From an uncultured Methanoregulaceae archaeon (GTDB lineage Archaea; Halobacteriota; Methanomicrobia; Methanomicrobiales; Methanospirillaceae): a DNA stretch of 64,000 nucleotides. The position numbers and the translations under genes are program-made. Below the pieces are notes generated by a model that was not told the origin of the DNA, did no database searches, and saw nothing but the letters and a program-made list of their open reading frames with translations. Below, in pieces: positions 58,804 through 64,000 of this stretch. Every line of letters starts with the position of its first letter. The first letter of the stretch is position 1. The stretch is taken from contig CAVTTL010000001.1 of the NCBI GenBank assembly GCA_963737635.1, forward strand, positions 1,376,001 to 1,440,000, read 5' to 3'.

Positions 58804-60438
58804 CTAATGTTTCAGAGTGAACACATCGAGATTAATACTCCCCATAATCCCATCCCGGTGGAAATAATAATCTAACAGTCTGTTCTGGTTATCATAGAAT
58901 GAGAACCAGTAATCCAGTTTATATGTCGTTTTATTATATCCTGGTATTGAATCATAACTTTCTGTATCGTGAAGAATGATAGCGTCCGGATTATTCTTCG
59001 TGAGAATGCTTATATCCTCTTTTTGGCCATAGAATGTGATCTTATCCCATCGATCGCCCCGGTAATACCACGGCAATGGCCAATAATCCTGCGATGCAAG
59101 AACAACATGACTTGAATTATCTATGATACCCATAACATTTCTGAGATCTTCTGAATTCTGGACTTGGACAATAGGTTCATTTACATCTGCAGGAATGAAT
59201 GCGACGTGCCACGTCATCAGAATCAAAAACAGACATCCGATAAGAGCAAATGCGGCCTTTTGCCAGTTCAATTTGTAGACGGCGACAAAACACATCGGAA
59301 GCAGCTGATGAATGATAAGCCATGGCACTTTTTCACCAACATAAGCATAAAATGCCATGGTAAGGAGCATCCAGTAGATACAGAATTGGAAGAAGAGATC
59401 CGATTTTTCATTGTGGGCAATTTTCGATTTTCTGAGTTGGTTCAGACTTGTTTCAGCAAGATCTTTTGTTGACAGTGCGAAGCGACGGGTTGACAGCCAG
59501 TTTTTCAGACGTTTAGCAGTAAGGAAGAGATTACTATCTTCGAAAATAAATTGAAGTATCCCAAGGATAGCCAGAAGGAAGATCGGAACCTCATACAACA
59601 GATACAATGGGATATAGAAATAAAATGGACCTCCAAGACGCTGTTCATTCGACATTGCGACCCAGTGATCAACTGCCTGATACCATCCGGTTGTGTTTAC
59701 CTGGAAATTTTGCCCAACCAATGTCTCCGGGTGCACACCAAATGCTGAATAGAAAGCGATCAGGATTGCGAATACCACCAATAACCAGATAATAAGATCA
59801 TTTTTCCATTGTGGGGGCAAATTGATACGTTTTTTCCATACCGCATACCCAAAAAATGAGATAAAAATCAACAGTATAAATGGCATTTCTTCCTTGCAAC
59901 ACAGTGCCCCACCAGCTGCAATTGCCGCGATAATGACATACCGGAGTTGCCCCCGTTCAAAATAATAGAGAAGGGCAACGAGAAGGAGCAACGTGAAAAA
60001 AAGCATGAAAATATCATGACGAAGAAAACGGGAGAAATACACCATATCCGGGGAAACAGAAAGGAATAGTGCAACAATCAGGGTCTGCGCTCTCGTGATA
60101 TACCCAAGCCGGTAAATAAAGTAGACGGGAGGTACGAGCATCGTACCAAATAATGCCGGAAGCAATCGCGCTACGAGATCGGATGCACCAAAGAGCGAAA
60201 ACATTCCGGCGGTAACGTAGTAGAGGAATGGACCGTGGTAACTGGGATCGTAGACCCACGTTCCTTTTGTAAGGAGGTTATACGAAAACCATGAATGTAT
60301 GGCTTCATCGTGATGGAACAATTTAAGATCCGGATGCCAGAATCGCAGGATAATAGCAAGCAGAAAGATTAAAAGAAATACTCTTTCAAAAGTAAAAATT
60401 CGTTTTATTTTATCTGAAAAAAAAGCGGCCTTTTCCAC
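58804..60438 (-). CDS. TIGR03663 / Agl23-like GT-C (PMT_2-type) membrane protein
   Basis: HHDEAIH, YDPSYHGP, YFSRFLRHD, EKVPWL, WPLPWY. Confidence 0.85.
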   Translation of the reverse strand: MEKAAFFSDKIKRIFTFERVFLLIFLLAIILRFWHPDLKLFHHDEAIHSWFSYNLLTKGTWVYDPSYHGPFLYYVTAGMFSLFGASDLVARLLPALFGTMLVPPVYFIYRLGYITRAQTLIVALFLSVSPDMVYFSRFLRHDIFMLFFTLLLLVALLYYFERGQLRYVIIAAIAAGGALCCKEEMPFILLIFISFFGYAVWKKRINLPPQWKNDLIIWLLVVFAILIAFYSAFGVHPETLVGQNFQVNTTGWYQAVDHWVAMSNEQRLGGPFYFYIPLYLLYEVPIFLLAILGILQFIFEDSNLFLTAKRLKNWLSTRRFALSTKDLAETSLNQLRKSKIAHNEKSDLFFQFCIYWMLLTMAFYAYVGEKVPWLIIHQLLPMCFVAVYKLNWQKAAFALIGCLFLILMTWHVAFIPADVNEPIVQVQNSEDLRNVMGIIDNSSHVVLASQDYWPLPWYYRGDRWDKITFYGQKEDISILTKNNPDAIILHDTESYDSIPGYNKTTYKLDYWFSFYDNQNRLLDYYFHRDGIMGSINLDVFTLKH

Positions 60439-60450
60439 GTTGCCGCACCT

Positions 60451-60759
60451 TCAGCTTTCTAATACAATTTCAATTCCGATATCTTTTGGCACCTGAATCC
60501 GCATCAACTGGCGGAGTGCACGCTCATCTGCATCGATGTCAATGAGTCTTTTATGCACTCGCATCTGCCAGCGATCAAAGGTCGCGGTTCCTTCTCCGTC
60601 AGGACTTTTGCGGATTGGCACAACAAGCCGTTTTGTCGGAAGTGGGATGGGTCCAGCCAGATTTACTCCTGTGCGTTCGGCTATCTCACGGATTCTGTCA
60701 CAGACTGTCTCTACCTTGTTAAAATCTGTTCCTGTCAGGCGAATTCTGGCTTTTTGCAT
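60451..60759 (-). CDS. rps10: ribosomal protein uS10
   Basis: [26 protein letters not shown]. Confidence 0.97.
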   Translation of the reverse strand: MQKARIRLTGTDFNKVETVCDRIREIAERTGVNLAGPIPLPTKRLVVPIRKSPDGEGTATFDRWQMRVHKRLIDIDADERALRQLMRIQVPKDIGIEIVLES

Positions 60760-60777
60760 AGCGATCACCAAAAAATA

Positions 60778-62056
60778 TTATCTCATCTGCTTCGGCTGAA
60801 TCGCAATGCACATACCGGCGGCGATCGTTGCTCCCATATCACGGACAGCAAACCTGCCCAGCTGCGGAAGTTCCTTAACGTTCTCAATGACCATGGGTTT
60901 TGTCGGCTTGATCTGGACGATCGCCGCATCACCGGTCTTTAAGAATGTGGGGTTCTCTTCCTTGGTCTGACCAGAGCGCGGGTCGAGTTTTTTCTTGAGC
61001 TCGATGAATGTGCACGCAGTTTGGGTAGTGTGGCAGTGGAAGACCGGCGTATAACCGACGGTGATCGCACTTGGGTGCTGGAGCACGACAACCTGCGCAG
61101 TAAATTCATCTGCAACTGTCGGTGGCTGCTCGGTAGGACCACACACATCTCCACGGCGGATGTCACCCTTTGCAATTCCACGGACGTTAAACCCGATGTT
61201 GTCACCGGGGACAGCCTGCGGAATTTCTTCATGGTGCATTTCGATGGACTTGATTTCGCCATCCTTGTTTGCCGGGCATAAACGAAACCTTCATGCCTTT
61301 CTTCATAATCCCGGTTTCGACACGGCCGACTGGTACCGTTCCGATACCGCTGATGCTGTAGACATCCTGAATAGGCAGGCGAAGCGGCTTGTCCGTCGGT
61401 TTCGACGGCTCTTTGAATGTGTCAAGAGCAGGAATCAGGGCGGGACCTTTATACCACGGGGTTTCCGGGCTGATTACCTTGATATTGATACCCTGAAGCG
61501 AACTGATCGGAATAAAAAGGGTTTCTTCAGGTTTGTATCCAACCATCTTGATAAGGTCAGAGAGATCTTTTTTGACTTCGTTATACCGCTTCTCATCGTA
61601 TTTTACTGCATCCATTTTGTTGATTGCAATGATGATCTGCGTAATACCGAGGGTGCGGGCAAGGAATACATGTTCCTTGGTCTGCTCCATGACACCATCG
61701 GGAGCTGCCACGACAAGAATTGCAGCGTCAGCCTGCGATGCACCGGTGATCATGTTCTTCACGAAGTCTCTGTGTCCCGGACAGTCGACAACGGTGAAGT
61801 AAAACTTGGGGGTGTCGAACCGCTTGTGTGCGATATCAATGGTAATACCTCTCTCACGCTCTTCCTTGAGGTTATCCATGACCCATGCAAATTCGAAAGT
61901 CGCCTTACCCTTCGATTCAGCCTCCTTACGGTAGGCTTCGATGATATGTGCAGGTACTGCACCTGTCTCGAACATCATCCGACCGACAGTAGTTGACTTT
62001 CCGTGATCGATGTGTCCGATGACAGCCAGATTCATATGGGGCTTATCAGATGCCAT
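60778..62056 (-). CDS. tuf: translation elongation factor EF-1 alpha; apparent +1 frameshift near 61275
   Basis: [31 protein letters not shown] | MHHEEI...[18 protein letters not shown]. Confidence 0.97.
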
Positions 62057-62124
62057 TAATTGTTCCTCCCAAATAGGGTTATCCGCATACCGTCTGTCTA
62101 TGCGAGTATTACATATATGAGACG

Positions 62125-62140
62125 CATCTATATAAAGTAT
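62125..62140 (-). promoter_or_regulatory. TATA box of the tuf-rps10 operon
   Basis: TTTATATA on the minus strand ~75 nt upstream of the tuf ATG; GGAGG SD before ATG. Confidence 0.55.
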
Positions 62141-62215
62141 TTCGATTCCCTCTAACCTTTTTCAGGTGAGAATTCATATCGATATTCTCTTATCTTTTGT
62201 TGATTATTTTCTTTT

Positions 62216-62512
62216 ATGAAGACACTACAGTTTCAGCGGGATACTTCAAAAAACCGGGTCGGTGTAGAATGTGCCACGGGTAACGTATCCGTATACAGTG
62301 CCTGCGCTTACTGCAGGCACTGTCAAGGCGTTCGTGTGGGTAACCGTCTGGCTCCATCCCCTCAGATAAAAGCGCTTAACGACTTGCGTCATCTCGGTGT
62401 CTCCGATGAAACACTTATGAATGCTGCAATGATGTTCAATGCTTTGGTTCGGGACGGTTCTGCTATAGAATGCGACGACGACAAAAACGAAGGTTTTCAG
62501 AAATTATATTGA
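62216..62512 (+). CDS. hypothetical protein with CxxCxxC motif
   Basis: ECATG...SACAYCRHCQG...IECDD. Confidence 0.7.
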   Translation: MKTLQFQRDTSKNRVGVECATGNVSVYSACAYCRHCQGVRVGNRLAPSPQIKALNDLRHLGVSDETLMNAAMMFNALVRDGSAIECDDDKNEGFQKLY

Positions 62513-62636
62513 ATGCCATTTGAAGGAACGATTCCAGAAATATCCTTTTTGTATTTTTATCTGCGGTTTTTCAAAGTTGCTGATCATTCGGATCCTTATA
62601 ACAGCCCTCTTTTCATGAGGAGGAAAATACGCGAAG

Positions 62637-63347
62637 TTATAGAAGTGCCAATGCAACAATAACGAGCGCCCGGGTAATTTCATTAGCAGCACCGACGACA
62701 TCCCCATTAATGCCACCAAATATTTTTTTGGATATGACAAGGAGAGTGAAAGGACACAGGATCATGATTATCCCTGAGATCGCCAGCTGGAAAGGGGATA
62801 CCGGGAGGAAAATAAGGGGAATGCACAGAAGGAGCGACAGAAAGGGGAAATATGGCTTTGCAAACTGATGGAGATAACTATGCATTCCCTCTTTGAAGGG
62901 TGTCCCATATACAGTTAGGAAAACCATCGAGAATTTCGCACAAACTTCTCCCATGATCAGCGCAGCAATAAGGGATGAGGCTGCCTGGAGGCCGGCAAAA
63001 AGCAGAAGAGTGATAATGAGTCCGGTTGCTATTCCTCCGGCACCCACGTAACGATCAGTAAGTGCACATATTCTTTTCTCCTGATTTCCCTGTGCCATCA
63101 AACCGTCGCCAAAATCGAGCAGGCCGTCGAAGTGATGAGCACCGGACAGGACGATGACTCCTGCAACAGCAATAGCGGCGGCCAGTATCTTATCGGTAAT
63201 AAAAAATATGGGAATTGCGACCAGAAATGCAATAATATACCCCGCGATCGGGTAAAGCCAAGAATATCGCGCAAAATGATCAAAATCCTGCGGCTTTCCC
63301 AATGGGAGTATGGTAGTGAACTGCAAGAGTGACAAAACGGATTTCAT
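62637..63347 (-). CDS. cobS: adenosylcobinamide-GDP ribazoletransferase (cobalamin synthase)
   Basis: HHFDGLLDFGDG, FGGINGDVVGAANE. Confidence 0.93.
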   Translation of the reverse strand: MKSVLSLLQFTTILPLGKPQDFDHFARYSWLYPIAGYIIAFLVAIPIFFITDKILAAAIAVAGVIVLSGAHHFDGLLDFGDGLMAQGNQEKRICALTDRYVGAGGIATGLIITLLLFAGLQAASSLIAALIMGEVCAKFSMVFLTVYGTPFKEGMHSYLHQFAKPYFPFLSLLLCIPLIFLPVSPFQLAISGIIMILCPFTLLVISKKIFGGINGDVVGAANEITRALVIVALALL

Positions 63348-63778
63348 ACGCATTCACTATACAGGCGAGATGTACACCCTGCAATCAAACCCGCGACGGC
63401 GTCGTCAAGAAAGGGGCCAAGGGTTCCAAGGATACCAGGTTTTTTCTGGTCGTACCGGGTAAACTCGAACCGCGCATATGTTCCGCCAATGCATTCAGCA
63501 ATCGCCATGCCAATAATCTCATCGCTTAATAAGAAAACCGGATCTTCGGCGATCTCGGAATTTTTGCGTTTTTCATAGAGCTCTTCTTCAAGCAGAACTG
63601 CGCTCAGGAGCAGAGAAGAGACATTGGGGTCCTGAAGACATTTCTGTATTTTTCTTCTGATATTTTCAGAAGCTGACTCTTCAGACATCCCGTGGGAAAC
63701 GTAAAGGCCCATCGCCGCGTCGACCATGGCATCGAGAGTAATTCCTTTTTTTTCCAATCGATCTTCGATCTCAAACAT
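63344..63778 (-). CDS. cobZ: alpha-ribazole phosphatase CobZ (PgpA-like)
   Basis: DPNV, DPVFLLSDE.IG, FTRYDQKKPG, GPFLDD; ATGA-coupled to cobS. Confidence 0.85.
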   Translation of the reverse strand: MFEIEDRLEKKGITLDAMVDAAMGLYVSHGMSEESASENIRRKIQKCLQDPNVSSLLLSAVLLEEELYEKRKNSEIAEDPVFLLSDEIIGMAIAECIGGTYARFEFTRYDQKKPGILGTLGPFLDDAVAGLIAGCTSRLYSECV

Positions 63779-63879
63779 TTCAAAAATTTAATGGGGGACT
63801 CTCCTATTATAGGGTTATGAAACAATGTGCCGATATATTCAAAGCCCATGGGCAAAAGATGATTATAACCTGAGTATAC

Positions 63880-64000
63880 ATGCCATTTCTTGTCGGAACG
63901 CCAGAACTCCGTTGTGAAAAACCCGTTTTCTGTATAATCCTTGGAAACACCCTGATCTCTACTATTCCCGGCATATCAGGTGCGGGCCCGACACCTGAAA
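63880..64000 (+). CDS. cobT: nicotinate-nucleotide phosphoribosyltransferase CobT (archaeal type), 5' end only
   Basis: Own translation MPFLVGTPELRCEKPVFCIILGNTLISTIPGISGAGPTPE; divergent from cobZS. Confidence 0.8.
   Translation, partial: MPFLVGTPELRCEKPVFCIILGNTLISTIPGISGAGPTPE

Noticed and set aside
60778-62056. EF-1alpha, katE and ahbB as true pseudogenes or programmed frameshifts
   Set aside because: Both halves are intact and conserved, there are no slippery sequences, and the same insertion pattern recurs in unrelated genes; sequencing error is more parsimonious.

Overview
Archaeal chromosome window from a hydrogenotrophic methanogen, most likely Methanomicrobiales and Methanoregula-like. 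This is inferred from mch, methanogenesis marker 12, the porCDAB operon, aglB, cetZ, the rpl7ae-rps28e-rpl24e-ndk cluster and EF-1alpha-rps10. Housekeeping blocks flank three accessory regions. (1) A ~27 kb mosaic surface-glycosylation locus (~7.4-34.7 kb) with an AT-rich core. It encodes Wzm/Wzt, a GT4-GT2 fusion, a repeat-bearing methyltransferase-like protein, a GtrA/GtrB/GT-C cassette, two acyltransferases, IS and gene remnants, and an AglB with degenerate catalytic motifs. (2) A redox block (35-43 kb) with iron-sulfur flavoproteins, a Cys-rich wHTH regulator and a catalase-ahbDABC heme operon. (3) A second glycosylation cluster (51-60 kb) interrupted by cetZ plus a membrane-anchored partner. 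Elements missed by the ORF track: tRNA-Val(TAC); a canonical box C/D sRNA (34936-34994, minus) predicted to guide 2'-O-methylation in 23S helix 69, with 3' and 5' halves duplicated at the far ends of blocks 1 and 2; a K-turn leader on rpl7ae; and a probable CTG start codon. Seven genes, including essential EF-1alpha, carry single-base frameshifts, mostly beside AGCT/CCGG, which points to sequencing errors rather than real pseudogenes. All family calls come from motif recognition without database searches.
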